DNA of 64,000 nucleotides from Takakia lepidozioides (taxonomy: Eukaryota; Plantae; Bryophyta): the NCBI GenBank assembly GCA_030704615.1, contig CM060734.1, forward strand, positions 50,592,001 through 50,656,000. Reading direction: 5' to 3'. Positions 1 to 13,200 of this stretch are shown here, one piece after another (position 1 is the stretch's first letter; each line of letters begins with the position of its first letter). The position numbers and the translations under genes are program-made. The notes below the pieces were generated by a model that had not been told where the DNA came from, made no database searches, and saw only the letters and a program-made list of their open reading frames with translations.

Positions 1-112
1 AATATGAAAATTCTTCACCAGGGTCTTATGCTTCACTTGTCCTTGCAAGGCATTAGTTGGAAATTCTTCTGACCAAGTCCATCCTTAATGAAACTTACAG
101 TTCATAAGCTGA

Positions 113-817
113 TCAGCAGAAAATCTGGATGCTGAGCTCCTGGTCAACCCTATGCTCAGCAATGGATTGATCACAAACAGCAGCAGATGCTTCCCACAGT
201 CTACTCGCAAGTTGTCTACCATATGAAAGCATGGAAGACTTCATAGTGAACCCCCTCGCACCAAAGAAGTATTTGCCTGACACTTCCTGCTCACATTCAA
301 TATGAAATTAGACCCATTGTCTTCATCCTCTCACATGACTGCATCGCTACTCAAAGCTCTCGGTGCATTACTACTGACCTCCCAGTTTTCTCAGGAAATT
401 TTACTTCACTTTGATTTGAGTGCTTAAGAGTCATAATGCTTTGAAGCATGGAATATAAAGCAGCTCTCACAAGACTTGTCTTCAGGTCAAGAACGGTGTG
501 AGGATACCCACCCAAGGAGCCAAAGCGGCATCAACAACTGATGCAGCTCCAACTGCTGGTGACTGCAAGACACCGAGCAGCATGAGAACCACAATGCTCA
601 GCTTCGCAAGCCAAACAGGTACTTCCCGCAAAATCTCAGTATTCACTGCCCCCAGATCTGCAGCACTGCTGACAAAAATGCAACATTAAGCACTCGATCT
701 GTAGGGAAGCAGATAAAGTTGAGGAGTGGGTCTGAGGAGAAGACCGTACACGACTGAGATGTGAGAAGAGTCGTCACTTGAGTGCAGCCGACAGTGAAGT
801 TCATATGAGTAAACACA
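113..817 (-). pseudogene. 3' exons of a short-chain dehydrogenase/reductase (plant DHRSX/retinol-dehydrogenase-like), frameshifted; 5' exons not found
   Basis: Manual translation of three GT-AG exons (817-750, 665-512, 286-113) gives YSYELHCRLHSSDDSSHISVV/AAD(P)GAVNTEILREVPVWLAKLSIVVLMLLGVLQSPAVGAASVVDAALAPW/EVSGKYFFGARG...SRLWEAS, the typical C-terminal half of this plant SDR family. Two frame disruptions (LCLL..YELH and D-P-G). Confidence 0.7.
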
Positions 818-1334
818 CTGCACAACACCCCACCATCACTCATTCGAAAACCAATACAAGGACAAACACCTTCAGTCCTATTGGTCATGTACACCTTCAT
901 CCCCCACCCGTGGAAGTAGCAACAGAGTTAAGGCAGCCTCAGTATGGTGCAGCCTCAACCTAAAACACGAGTGAAAGCACTCCAGGAACAGCAGCCAGCT
1001 GACAGGGCCCTGTGGACGTTAGCTCTGACACATAGTTGCAATGTGGCTCAAGCAGGCTGCTAACAGGCTGCTAACTCTTCCAGAGCCGGTTTAGAAACAC
1101 CAACCTGATATTACAATGGTCCTTGTGCCCGAAATATTCTGTCCGTCAGCAGAGAAACAGCCGAATTAAAGACAACCCACGAACCCCCTGGCATCTCCCT
1201 GCGAATCTGAAATGAAGCCCTGAGCACCATGTAGATACAAAAGCAGTGTTCTTCAACCCTGTATGTATGCTTTCTTGAATAGTTCGCTGTATGTCAAGAA
1301 GGGTGGCACACTTTCTTTCATGCATGTTACTTGT

Positions 1335-4244
1335 TCACCAGTACTCCCCGCAAGAACAAAACCCATCTTGGAAGTGGTGAAAGCGGTTGGCATCCCGTAC
1401 AACAATTGCCCGGCCAACAATCTTCGAAATGAACCTGGTGGTTGTGTGGCAGTCACCACAAACGCGAAGGTTCTTGATGATACAGAGAGGTGTCCCAGCA
1501 GGCGTGCTGATGATCCCAAATGCAATGGCTAGCTTCTCACTGTGGTGGCAAAGAAAAAATTCCTTTTGCTCCTCCTCCACATCATGCAATGCAAACCGCG
1601 TGTCAGGCACATACCCAGCCTCCTTCATCCACCCAAATAACCTTTCCAGCTCAGTGTGGATTTGCTCAGTTTGTGGATGCAATTTCGTGTGTACACTGAA
1701 TGTATGTACATGATTGTTGACCTCAATGCAACTGCGGCCTGTCTCTTTTTGTACACCTCTGTCCTTCATCATTCTTCTTACCTTTGCAGTGTCGTCCCAC
1801 CTGCCAGCTGCAGCATAGATGTTTGATAGCAGCACATAAGTTGCAGCGTCCTGTGGATCCAACGTGAGAAGGCATTTTGCTGCACGTTCAGCCACCTCCA
1901 CATTGCCATGAATTCTGCAAGCACCAAGCAAGGCCCCCCACACTGCAGCTGCTGGCTCCATTGGCATTTTGCTGATGAAGTCCTCTGCCTCATCTAATCG
2001 TCCTGCACGGCCGAAAAGGTCCACCATGCACCCAAAATGTTCAACTGTAGGAGTGAGGCCATGATCTCGACTGATGGAATCAAAGTAGCGACTGCCTTCA
2101 TCCACTAGGCCCACATGACTACATGCAGAGAGAAGACATATAAATGTGATACCATTGGGTTTCAACCCTTCCTCTTGCATTTCTTCAAAAAGTTGCAGAG
2201 CTTCCCTACTGAACCCATGCTGAGCATATCCTGCGATCATGGCACTCCATGAGACAACATCACGTTGAGCGATATTGTCAAACACTTGACGTGCATTCTT
2301 TATGTTCCCGCATTTGGCATACATGTTAACAAGAGTATTCTCCAGAATGATATCTGACCCAATAGCCGCTTTGACAATGAGAGCATGGACCTCTTTGCCC
2401 TTCTCCACAGCTGCCAGGCTGGCACACACATTGAGAACGGAAATGAATGTGACTTTGTTAGGTGTCACCCCTTCTTGCATCATGTGCTCGTATGTCTCCA
2501 AAGCCTTCCTACTGCACCCATGCTGAGCATATCCTGCGATCATTGCACTCCATGAGACCACATCTTGTTCGGCCATATTGTCAAACACTTGACGAGCAGC
2601 AATTAAGTTGCCGCATTTGGCATACATGTTAGCAAGGGTGGTCTCCAGAATAATATCTGGAGCAATTGCCGCTTTGATGATGTCAGCGTGGACGTCCTTA
2701 CCCATTTCCAAGGCTTCCAGGTTGGCACAAGCATTGAGAACACTAATGAATGTGACCTTGTCGGGCGTCACCCCTTCCCTTTTCATGAGCTCGTAGATCT
2801 CCAAAGCCTCCCTTCCACACCCATGTTGGGCATATCCTGCAATCATTGCACTCCAAGAGACCACATTTCGTTGAGCCATATTATCAAAGCTATGACGTGC
2901 ATGCTTCAGGTCTCCGCATTTGGCATACATGTCAACAAGGGCAGTCCCCAGGATGATGTCTGGTGCTATTTTGTATTTGATGATGTCAGCATGGATCTCT
3001 TTACCCTTTTCCAGGGCTGCCAAGCTCGTACAGGCATTGAGAATGCAGACATATGTGATCTGGTCGGGCATTACCCCTTCCTGTATCATGTGCTTGTACA
3101 TCTCCACAGCCTCCCTACTGCACCCATGCTGAGCATATCCGGCAATCATCGTACTCCATGAGACTGCATCTCGTCGAGCCATATTGGTGAACACTTTCTG
3201 TGCATCATTAATGCTCCCACATTTAAAATACATGTTTGCAAGGGTGGTCTCCAGAATGATATCTGGCGCAATTGCAGCTTTGATGATGTCAGCATGGATC
3301 TCCTTGCCCTTTCCAAGGTCTGCCAGGTTGGCACAAGCATTCAGAACGCTAATGAAAGTGACAATGTCGGGTGTCACCCCTTCCTGTTTCATGTGCTCGT
3401 AGATCTCCAAAGCCTCCCTACCAAACCCATTCTGAGCATATCCTGCTATCATCACATTCCATGAGACTACAGCTCGCTTAGTCATGTTATAAAAAACATT
3501 TCGGGCATCCTTCATACTGCCACATTTGGCATACATGTCAATGAGGGTATTCTCCAGTATGATATCTGGCGCCATTCCGGCTTTGATGATATCAGCATGG
3601 ACCTCTATGCCCTTTTCCAGGGTTGACAGGCTGGCACATGCCTTGAGAATACAAATAAACGTGACCCTGTCGGGTGTCACCCCTTCTCGTATCATTTCCC
3701 CATAGATCTTGAAGGCCTCCCTACCATGCCCATGCTTCGTATATCCAGCCATCATTGTATTCCATGTAAACACATCTCGTTCAGGCATTTTGTTGAACAC
3801 TAGGCGTGCATCCACCACGCTCCCGCACTTGGCATACATGTTGACAAGCATGTTGCATAGCACAATGTTGATGCTTGGCTTGAATCCACTTAGGAGAATG
3901 TGGGCATGCACCTGCTTTCCCTCTGCTAGGCATTTCATCTTGATGCACTCCTGCAAGAGACAGGCATATGTAGCGGAGTCTGCTGAAACGCCTCCTTGAT
4001 TCAAAATATGCAGCGCCTCTTTTAATTGTCCTGCCTTACAGAGTGCCCTCACGTATCCTGAAGAAATATTTTGAACTCCCTGGCTTTGTCCTCTTTCAAA
4101 AGCAGTTGTCATGGTGGAGGTGCTGATTTCTGTTACTGCTTCCAGTTTACCATATACGCACACAGGTTTCTTGGACAAATCTCTCCACAGTCCCTCCCAG
4201 GTACTCTTGTACTTGAAATCTGGTCGTCGAAGATAGATCTGCAC
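1335..4244 (-). CDS. PLS-class pentatricopeptide repeat protein with E/E+/DYW domain (organellar C-to-U RNA editing factor)
   Basis: 969-aa ORF with repeated P-L-S triplets (VVSWxAMIAGYAQHG, PDxVTFISVLNAC, LxxMYAKCG), E domain (WGALLGACRIHGN) and intact deaminase motif HSEKLA...CGDCH, ending GEYW. True start uncertain (GTG; an upstream exon is possible). Confidence 0.96.
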   Translation of the reverse strand: MQIYLRRPDFKYKSTWEGLWRDLSKKPVCVYGKLEAVTEISTSTMTTAFERGQSQGVQNISSGYVRALCKAGQLKEALHILNQGGVSADSATYACLLQECIKMKCLAEGKQVHAHILLSGFKPSINIVLCNMLVNMYAKCGSVVDARLVFNKMPERDVFTWNTMMAGYTKHGHGREAFKIYGEMIREGVTPDRVTFICILKACASLSTLEKGIEVHADIIKAGMAPDIILENTLIDMYAKCGSMKDARNVFYNMTKRAVVSWNVMIAGYAQNGFGREALEIYEHMKQEGVTPDIVTFISVLNACANLADLGKGKEIHADIIKAAIAPDIILETTLANMYFKCGSINDAQKVFTNMARRDAVSWSTMIAGYAQHGCSREAVEMYKHMIQEGVMPDQITYVCILNACTSLAALEKGKEIHADIIKYKIAPDIILGTALVDMYAKCGDLKHARHSFDNMAQRNVVSWSAMIAGYAQHGCGREALEIYELMKREGVTPDKVTFISVLNACANLEALEMGKDVHADIIKAAIAPDIILETTLANMYAKCGNLIAARQVFDNMAEQDVVSWSAMIAGYAQHGCSRKALETYEHMMQEGVTPNKVTFISVLNVCASLAAVEKGKEVHALIVKAAIGSDIILENTLVNMYAKCGNIKNARQVFDNIAQRDVVSWSAMIAGYAQHGFSREALQLFEEMQEEGLKPNGITFICLLSACSHVGLVDEGSRYFDSISRDHGLTPTVEHFGCMVDLFGRAGRLDEAEDFISKMPMEPAAAVWGALLGACRIHGNVEVAERAAKCLLTLDPQDAATYVLLSNIYAAAGRWDDTAKVRRMMKDRGVQKETGRSCIEVNNHVHTFSVHTKLHPQTEQIHTELERLFGWMKEAGYVPDTRFALHDVEEEQKEFFLCHHSEKLAIAFGIISTPAGTPLCIIKNLRVCGDCHTTTRFISKIVGRAIVVRDANRFHHFQDGFCSCGEYW

Positions 4245-7200
4245 CCCAACTCCATACCTGCCTCATTCAGCTGTCCTTGCCTCCACAACAAATGTTCAGA
4301 GATCCTCCACCTTGCTGCAAGTAGCTGACAATGACAACCCATACCTTACATAAGAAACACCCCACCCTACCTACCAAATACTTGTTCACATGCCAGTTGG
4401 TGGCAAGATGATGAAAATATGTGTCGAAGGAAGAGAGATAGAAAATATCCTTCCAAGGGTTGCTAGTAAGCTGAAATGGCCAGTGCTCATAAACAGTGAA
4501 GGAAACAGTCCAAATCTAGGTTTCTGAGCATTGATTTAAGGACTGGCATTAACACCATGCTAGATGCACAATCATGACATTTCCCTCTGTTATTTTGGCA
4601 GGACAAATCCCCTCTTGAAGCCGGTTGGGCTTCCTATGCTGAATAGGTGACAAGATAGAAGGATAGAGAATACGTCCTTTCAAAGCATTAGGAGCAACAT
4701 ACCCTGGCAAGACTAGTTGAATTAAATAAGTGCCGTTTCAAAATACAAAGATATGGAAAAGTGGGTCTACATTGTTATACTGCTCCTGTAGAGTCATCAT
4801 AACAATCCACTACAGGGGATTAAGTGAAGATTTAAAGGTTGGAGTTGACATCACATCACGAATGAAGATGTCCATATCAGCACTTCAGTGCGAACAAGGG
4901 GCAGTTTGACCACAGCACTATCTAGACATGTGGCTGCGGTCAACTGCCACCTGTCAAACTTAGTTAACAATGAACTCACAATCCAGAGGTAACCAAAGAA
5001 AAGAATGAGATAGTCACATCCAAGGTAAGAAGAGCTTTCCAAGGTGGAAACTAACACACTTAGGAAGAACATCAAGGAAAGTCACACAGAAGATAAACAA
5101 TAACAAGAGGGAGGAAAAAAATGCGCTGTCTCATACTTAGTCAATCTAAGAGTATGAGAAAAATCAACCATATCCTGTATAAGAGTGACCGGCTATAATA
5201 ACTCCCACTGACTTCGGACAGAGAGTGTAGACATGCCGAGTTCCCGTGTCAAAACCGGAAGAAAATCAAAAAGGGACAGACCACAGTCATGGACCACTGT
5301 GATGAGTCACCTCAAGGGTTTGAGAGAGAGAGAGAGAGACCAAGGGAACTCTTTCTTTTGCAAAAAGTCTTTTCAATGTTGTCTGCATCGCTGCAGGCTG
5401 ACATTGACTTCCTCTAGGAGGCAGATGTTCGTAACGACACTGCTAGTACGCCCACATTGTCCGCTGTACTTCACAATGAAGTGTAAAAAGGGAGAGAAGT
5501 CGTTGGCCATTGCAACGCCTTAGCTCAAGGGCTTAGTTTAATTTGCTAGAAAGCATGGGCATTCCAGCAGTGCCCTCTAGTTTATAAAAAGATGTGACGC
5601 ATGTGAATATGGTCGTCAAGTGCGCTGGAATTGCCCAGATACTAGAAAGCATAAAGTTGATCCAGCACTGCTCCTCTAGCTTTGCAACCACTGTGACAAT
5701 CGCGATGTAGTAGAAGACAGCCAGAGTAGGAGAAACAGCAAGAAGACAGAGGGAGAAAGAGAATGTGGGGGCTATCATTACTTTGCCAGAAAGTTTCTCG
5801 ATGCATCCTGTTGTCTGCTTCTGCTGTAACATAACAGACATTCACCTTATTGCCTCGATTGTCCGTCCATTGAATGGAATTCGAAAAACATTCGTTCGAA
5901 AGATTATCCTGGTCTCTCTGTTGACTTTCTGGATAATTTCCTGTGTTGGCAACCTCCTTGCTGTATGGCACTTCCTCTCCAGGTCTCCACAGCCTCGCTT
6001 TGGGCTTGAATCTGTTCGCAATAAACCTCATTCCAACCCCGTTTGGAAATTGCACAGGAGCGTACATGGTGCACAGACCACACCTTCTTCAAGCTTTCAG
6101 CAGACAGCGTAGCCTAGGGGAGGCATGTGAGGGCACCTCGAGAAGTCGGACATATTTCCCAGACCTGCACACTGAATTTCCTGCCTCTGCATGGCTGCTC
6201 CTTCTTCAACTCTTTTGCAAAATCCATTCCCCATTGCTCTCAAGAGAGCCAGAGCTGATCTTCCTCCACCTGCCTGGTTTCTCCAAACCCTAAACCTCAG
6301 CTGAGTTTTGGAGTAGCGAGCTGGAGTTTCGTTGGAAATAAGGACGAACGAGACAAACTTCCGTTGGGTGAGATGTGAACAGTTGCGACTGCTAGCGTCG
6401 TGCTCCTTCTCTCCAGTTTCCATCCTCTCTCTCGCTCTCTCTCTCGTCTGAAGCTACTCTGCCTTCCTCGCCCATGTCTGTAATCTTGTGAATCAAATCT
6501 CCCTCAGAATACATATCCCCTCACCCTCGTCCGTTGGAAGTGGGCTTCTCTCATACATGTGTGCTGAACTTGCCAGAGTCCGTTTCTGCTTTTACCAAGT
6601 CTAGACTGTTAAGATTAGAGACCTCAGCTATACCATGTTACATGGACCGCCGAGTAAGAATTTCAAGCCAGGACTTAGAAGTCCGAGATCAAAGATGTCA
6701 GGGGAAAGACCTACAACAAAAGATTTTTATATATCAAAGGAGCAAACACCAAAAGAGCATGCTTCTAGAGAACATGCTAATTCAAATGCCATGAAGGAGT
6801 ATGTGCCAAAGGTTCCACATGCTGGTCGCTCGCACATGCAGGGATCTCCCGAGAAGGTGCCGCTCATGAGCCGATCTCACATGGGATCTCCCCGCACCTA
6901 CAATCAGAGTAACAGTACGACGTCCGATCGCAATTTCAATCTTAGTACCACGACGTTCGATGCCCTTAAACAAGCGCAATGTGTCTCTCCTTGGAGGTCC
7001 ACACTCAATCTCGATTCTCGAACTCATTAATTCCTTGTGGTCCTTCACACTGTCAAGCTGCAACGTGCAAAGATTTTGATCACAGAAGAAGGAAAGAAGG
7101 ACCAGGCGAGGCCCGACTTCGGGTAGAATATGCAGCATCGGTTTGGTCTTCTATATTTAAGATTATCCATTTTCTCTTAGAAACCCAACAGTACATGCCC

Positions 7201-10200
7201 ACGATGCATTAGTCTGAATAGATGCAATGAATCTATGTGCAGGGCGAATCAGCAGTTGGAAGGGATGATCAAAGATGGCTTTCAAAATTTGAAGACTGAA
7301 GTTGGACAAGTGAAATTAGAACTGGGCAAGATAGGAAGCCGCGTGGACAATCTATCAACAGCGGTAAACATCTTGACCAACATGCAAGGTATTCTTGTTG
7401 AAAAAGTGGTTGATTTTAAGCTGCGAAACAGACAACCATCTAGCGATGGCGCTAAGCACTAATTTAATAGATGAGCCAGCTACTACATTTCAGTCCATGA
7501 ACCTTTCAGCCATCGTCTAGCTAGCATGATATAGATTCTTGCCTATCGTATGTAATAGCAGCGCAACTGAGACAGTTGAGCACTAGAAAAAGGAACTGTA
7601 TCATAATACGTAATCAAGCAAAAGTCTGCAAGTGGGCTTTGTTTCAAACTAACTTGTCCTGCATCTTAGATCTTCGTGGATTCCTTTTGAACAAGTTCGA
7701 GGATGAGAGTAGACAATCCGTTTTTGGTCTAAAACATGATGACTAGTATATTGAGCTAGATAGTGCGGAACTTTAGTCTTACTCGGCGGCTTTTGAAAGA
7801 AGTTTCAGAGCTTGTGTTTGTACATATAATAACCTGCATAAGATAATATGGACCAGATGTACCTACAAAGCATATTTGGTAGCTGTGTGCATTCTTCACG
7901 TTCATATATATGCCATGCATCAAAGATGTTACACATGCATAGTGCATAGATATCGTTAAAATTGCTGGAAAAAATTGATGCCAACCTGGTGCAATTTGTC
8001 CATGTGACTCTCAAGAACATGTGACTTCCCTCGCTATACAAGAGGTTTTCTCGTGGACAGCAACAATTAGATATCAGGGTATCTGCATCCCCTTCGCACT
8101 CCCTTCATACATTGACACTCTGCAATGTATCCGTAAAGCGGTGGGAGTGGGAGAGTGGGCTCACCTGAGAAGAGACTATTGTTCACCTCTGAGCCCACGC
8201 TGACTTTCTGAAGCCATAAAACCAAATCGTTATCTTGGGATTAATGGAGAGCTCCATTTCCGCGATTGAGGTATTCACACAATTCAAGGTAGATGGGATT
8301 CTAATATGCGGACAGATTGACAGAGACAATATTGAAAGATGCACTTAGTTCTGTCCGATCCGTGCACATGATTGACTACATTTGATGTGCCTTTGATTGA
8401 CTACATTTGATGCACCGAGCACAAAACTCTCATGATTAGCATACATTCTTCTGCTTGAATGATGGTGATGCTTAATCTTAACTACTCTGCAGGCATCCTC
8501 TCATGTTTGCTAATGTTTCAGCTCCAAACAATACCAAACTGAGGACGCAACAAACAACAGTGCACAAAAAAAGCCTAAAGGCTTGTCTTCATAACCTGCT
8601 AGTCACTAGTCTATATGAGATTATGAGAATGCAAATGAAGCCCTATCATACAAGTAGACACAAACTCCAAAAACAATTTTTTTTTTAAACTAAAGAAAAG
8701 AATCATGTGTTCATTCAAATGAAAACAATGATACCATTACTAAATATTACATAATATGCCACTCATCCAATAAGAGGCCCCACTTGCAAAGGCTGCCTTA
8801 CAAGCGGTTGGGTGTTCAAAGCCATGTGTGTGTATACACTGTCACCCATATAGCCAACCCCCTTAAAAAGCTACCATTAAAAGGGGTTTCTCTATCAAAT
8901 TTTCTTAAAGAAAACTCTTGCTCAAGCAACCATAACTTATGGTGTCACCTCATGACTTATGACATCCAACTCACAACCACTAGTGAAATGGTATTGTGCA
9001 CCTAACCATCTGCTGGCTATCTACTGCAACTGATTACTCTCATGTGTAGATGCCGCGCTACTAGAGTTTGTTGCTTCTGGGTTGGGTATTGCATTTGTAC
9101 ATGGGTTCTCTCTTCTTTGGAAGCGCATACGTTGGACCTTAAAGCAAATGTTGAGGAGGGCGCTCATAACAGTGTGGACTGTACCCATATTGCAATATCT
9201 CTTTAAAGGTGATATCCAATGGCTGGGTGTTTGTGCAGTGCATAACCTAGATGATGTAGGGTTCATATGTTCACTTTCCAAGGGAAGGCAGTACTCCTTC
9301 CTTTAGGTTGAATAGACACTATACTTTATGCTTTTTGGGGAGGAGTCATCTTTTCTCATCTGTGTGGGTGCTCAAGAATTTTTGAATCCTCCGTGAGGCA
9401 ATTGCAGCCAATAACATGCACCCAACACCTCCCATCCCAGACACAAACGAATGTAAGTAATGAAAGCGACGTGCTTGGATGGGAGTCTCTACTATTTGAA
9501 TATTGACCTAATTTGTTTTTTAATTTTCAATATTTCACACCCATTTTTCAAGTTTGCAAAAATGTGGGCACCGAAGACAAACAAGCCTATCACAAACAAG
9601 TCATCCAATCCATCTCACAAACATGGATTCAAACTGTAATGTCAATCGCGCTCTACAAGCCCTATCCCTCGAGCTCACAAGGAATAATGTAAGAACTTAA
9701 TGCACACGTGCGAGCTCTAAGAGGAGAGTTTTTGGCATGTCAAACCATCCCCACCCCGTCTGTGATTCAAGAGTGACATGGAACAAGGTTATACTAAAGG
9801 GAGTGTAGCTCCAATCAGGGTGACACCGGGCTAACATGGAAAGGAGTATAACTCTAATTGGGATTACGCCAAAGGGAGTGTACCTCCAGTCCATGTAACT
9901 CACATTTGGTCTCGAAATTTGACCAAGTCCAAATAAAATGTACTAGGAAGAGGTACACAAGACACAAACTAGGGTGGCCAGTAAAGCCAGCAAATTACCT
10001 ATTTATGTCAAAGTTGAAATTTTTGAGACCTTGTGAGTAGGGCAATTCTATGGAATATGCCCAATGCTTATGGTTGGGCCGCTTTACTGTCCCCATGGTG
10101 CTCACTCTCATGCTGTCAAATTGAGGCTGTTGCCACATCAACAGATATCCTAAAGTTCTATCAAAATAATCATCTCATGACCAATCTTTCACAAATTTTG

Positions 10201-13200
10201 TACCTTACTAACCCCTTGGAGGGTCTTCTAGTTGCTTAACATTTATCTCCATGTTTTCATCTTAATAGTAGTAATATACTAGGGTAGCATGTGTCGTTGG
10301 CCCAAGTGTCCACTGTCATCCAATCCCTTATGTATCCAACTGTGTCCCCCCATGTGTGAAGAATTGAAAATCGATGTACTAAAATGAAGTTGTTGCAAGA
10401 ATTTCCAGCAACCGAAATTCGACAGAAAAAACCAAACAACAACCTCATTTATAGATGGATAGTTTCATATATTGATGGTTTCTGTCTTTGTTACTTTTCA
10501 CGAATTTCCAGCAACCAAAAGTACTACTGTTCCTAGGAATCTCCTACACGTTTACCGTGTGTCTAGGCCTCATGGCAGCCTTCGGGCCGTAAAGGGTTTA
10601 ATTTTTTCCCTTCAAATAATTTCAAATTAAAATTGTTAGGGCCACTGTCCCTTGTTTTGTTTTTAAGAAAACACTTGAAATTCCATATCTCCTCGTAGGG
10701 TAGCTTCAATTTATTGTTTTCCATGATTTTATTGAGTAATCCAATCACTCTCCCAAGAAAGCCCAATTTGCTATTTTTTTTTTGTAGTATTACATCAAAT
10801 CATTTATGATATATCTCCCGTCAAGGCTCCAACCATTGTCCCAGGAGAGCCCACTTTGCTATTTTTTGTGAATTTCCAGCGACCCAAAGTACTTGAAATT
10901 CAACATCTCCCACTGTACCGCAAGTCCAAAAAACATGAGACCAAGTCGGTGCACCCTTCCTCATCGAGGGCTTTCTAATGGTACCAAGCACTCATGGTGG
11001 GCCCGCTGTTTGGGACATCTCAACTCTACAAAACAAAACAAAACAAACGTCTCGATTCATATCACATTGATAATTCTTACCTACACGATTCATTTTCTAT
11101 TGCAATTTTTAATCTCCGATTCTTTCCTCTTCTTCTCCACCTTCTTGAGCTCTTCTCACATATAGCCTACATCTTCGAATCTTGCTGAACCTCTTGCCAA
11201 ATCGTCACCTCCACCTTTTTCCAATTTACCTCCAATAATGAATCTCCACAGCTTTCTCCCGTTGTTACCTCATTAAAAAAATGATGAATGGGTAGAGAAG
11301 TTCATATATGATTAGAATGCAATGGTAGACTCCATCCAAACCAAGAAGAAAATCAAAAATTTAATTGGTCAGAGAGAGAGACAAATACTCTTATGAAAAG
11401 GAAATTATTGAGTCATTCATGACCTTCATGGAATACAGGTTTAAGAGAAATTACAAATGACAATATGTATTTGCAAAATTCAAGAAAGTTAGAGATCATA
11501 ACAACACCACTGGATTTGTATACTTGGTCGCTATCAATCTACGATAGAAAGAATCTAAGAGTAACCCTCCATTTTCCCAAGGGCATATGAGAAGCAATTG
11601 AAGAATTTCAATGACAATGCCTCATCTTCAAATCACCTCATTCTTGCAATTCTTCGCATCCTAATGATCAGGTATTTGAAGATTCTGTAGTGCAAGATCA
11701 AGACACGGAGCTATATTCTGAATAATCATTTTCTAAAATGTTGTTTCAAGATACTAATGTGTGTAGAAGTGGACAACTACTGTATTATACCGGCTCTGAA
11801 ATAGGTATTAGTAGTATAATGTTTAGGGGCGTTTACGATGTTCGAGTGCTCCTCTCAACTAATCATTGCGACAGAACCATCGGGGGCCATCTGGAACACT
11901 TTTTCGTCGTACATGTGATTTTTTGCCCACCCACCATTGCAAAACGCTGCTTATGATTTTGTAAAGTCACACAACATTGCAATTGTTTTGTTTTTTTTTA
12001 ACGTATATGCATGTTTTATGTACATATACATGGTAATAATGTACATATATACGTGAAATATAGTCCAGGCAATAGCCAACTCCCTAGCTGATCAAAAGTC
12101 ATATGGATTCATTCAGAAGTGCACTTGACCAATCCTACCATAAGTTGACAACGGTGTCCGGTTGATGCGCTTAGTGACCTAATGCAGGCCATATGGATGC
12201 AAACTACAGACTTGCAGTATGTAAGGGGGAATAAGAGAAAACCTAGGGTTTTTAGTTTTGGCTAACTCTCGTTGCTACTCGAACGTGCTCTCTTATCCAG
12301 TTTTTGGACTGGTGCAGTATGATTTTACAGAGCTACTTCAATCAAGTTCTCCAGGGGAAGAAGAAGATGTAAATGGAATCACCTAATCCTTTACAGTAAG
12401 AGGTCAGTGCAAAAACGAGTCTACTTCAAGCTTTGGGTAGTGAAGCAATGCGACAATCTTGTGTAGAGCTAGAGGGGATTAGCTCTTTTGTGCACACTCA
12501 ATTAAATTTCTATCACACCTGGCAGAGAACTCTGGGAATTTGTTGAATGCTCTTCCCAATTCTTCAATCCTTTTGAATTCATGAAACCAACAAACTTATA
12601 AACCTATAAGCGAAGTTGCGTAGGTGAGGCGTGCAAGGGTTTCGGCTCGGTTGCTACGGACTAGGCTGCATTATTGGGGGCATCGCGTTGGCCTAGTTTG
12701 GAGTATGGAAGAGCAAGGAATGGAAAGATGAGCTCGACGACAGAATCGGGGGCACCGCCGAGGCAATGATTAAGATTTGGGGTGACAAGAAAAAAACAAG
12801 GGAAAGTGGGTTGTTGTAGAGAGAGGTACACTTGGATCAAGTGAAGGCGAAGGTGGGGCTCAGCAAAAGAGGAGCAAAAGGAGGTGGAGCAAGAGGAGTT
12901 GGAGCGGAAGTTGGAGTTGGGCATGTCAAGGTGCTAGTGAAGAAGCCTTTTTGGCACATGACAAAAGGTATGAGTCAGCAGTTACCAAGGCTGTGCACAT
13001 ATGAGGTAGCAGTGCTCTGCTGTGCGAGTGTTTTGGTCTCTGAGATAAAGGAAATTTTGCGCCAACATCTTTTCGCCATCATCTAGTGACTTTTGCAAAG
13101 TTTTGTCATGATTTTTGTATGAAAGCGAGATGAACGGTACAACCACGGGGACATGTGGTACCTCTGTTAGTACTAAGTGGCATTGTTTCTATTCTTTCTA

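Noticed and set aside
1335-1400. EYW instead of DYW terminus as a novel editing enzyme (e.g. U-to-C type)
   Set aside because: Conservative change. The HSEKLA/CGDCH motifs are canonical C-to-U type.
1387-3999. Many plus-strand ORFs over the PPR gene (and similar antisense ORFs over the retroelements and ELL-like gene)
   Set aside because: Shadow ORFs of repetitive or GC-rich coding sequence with no independent motifs.
4350-6423. Separate protein-coding gene upstream of the PPR ORF
   Set aside because: ORFs are short, mutually overlapping and motif-free. More likely 5' UTR exons or promoter of the PPR gene, but unresolved without transcripts.
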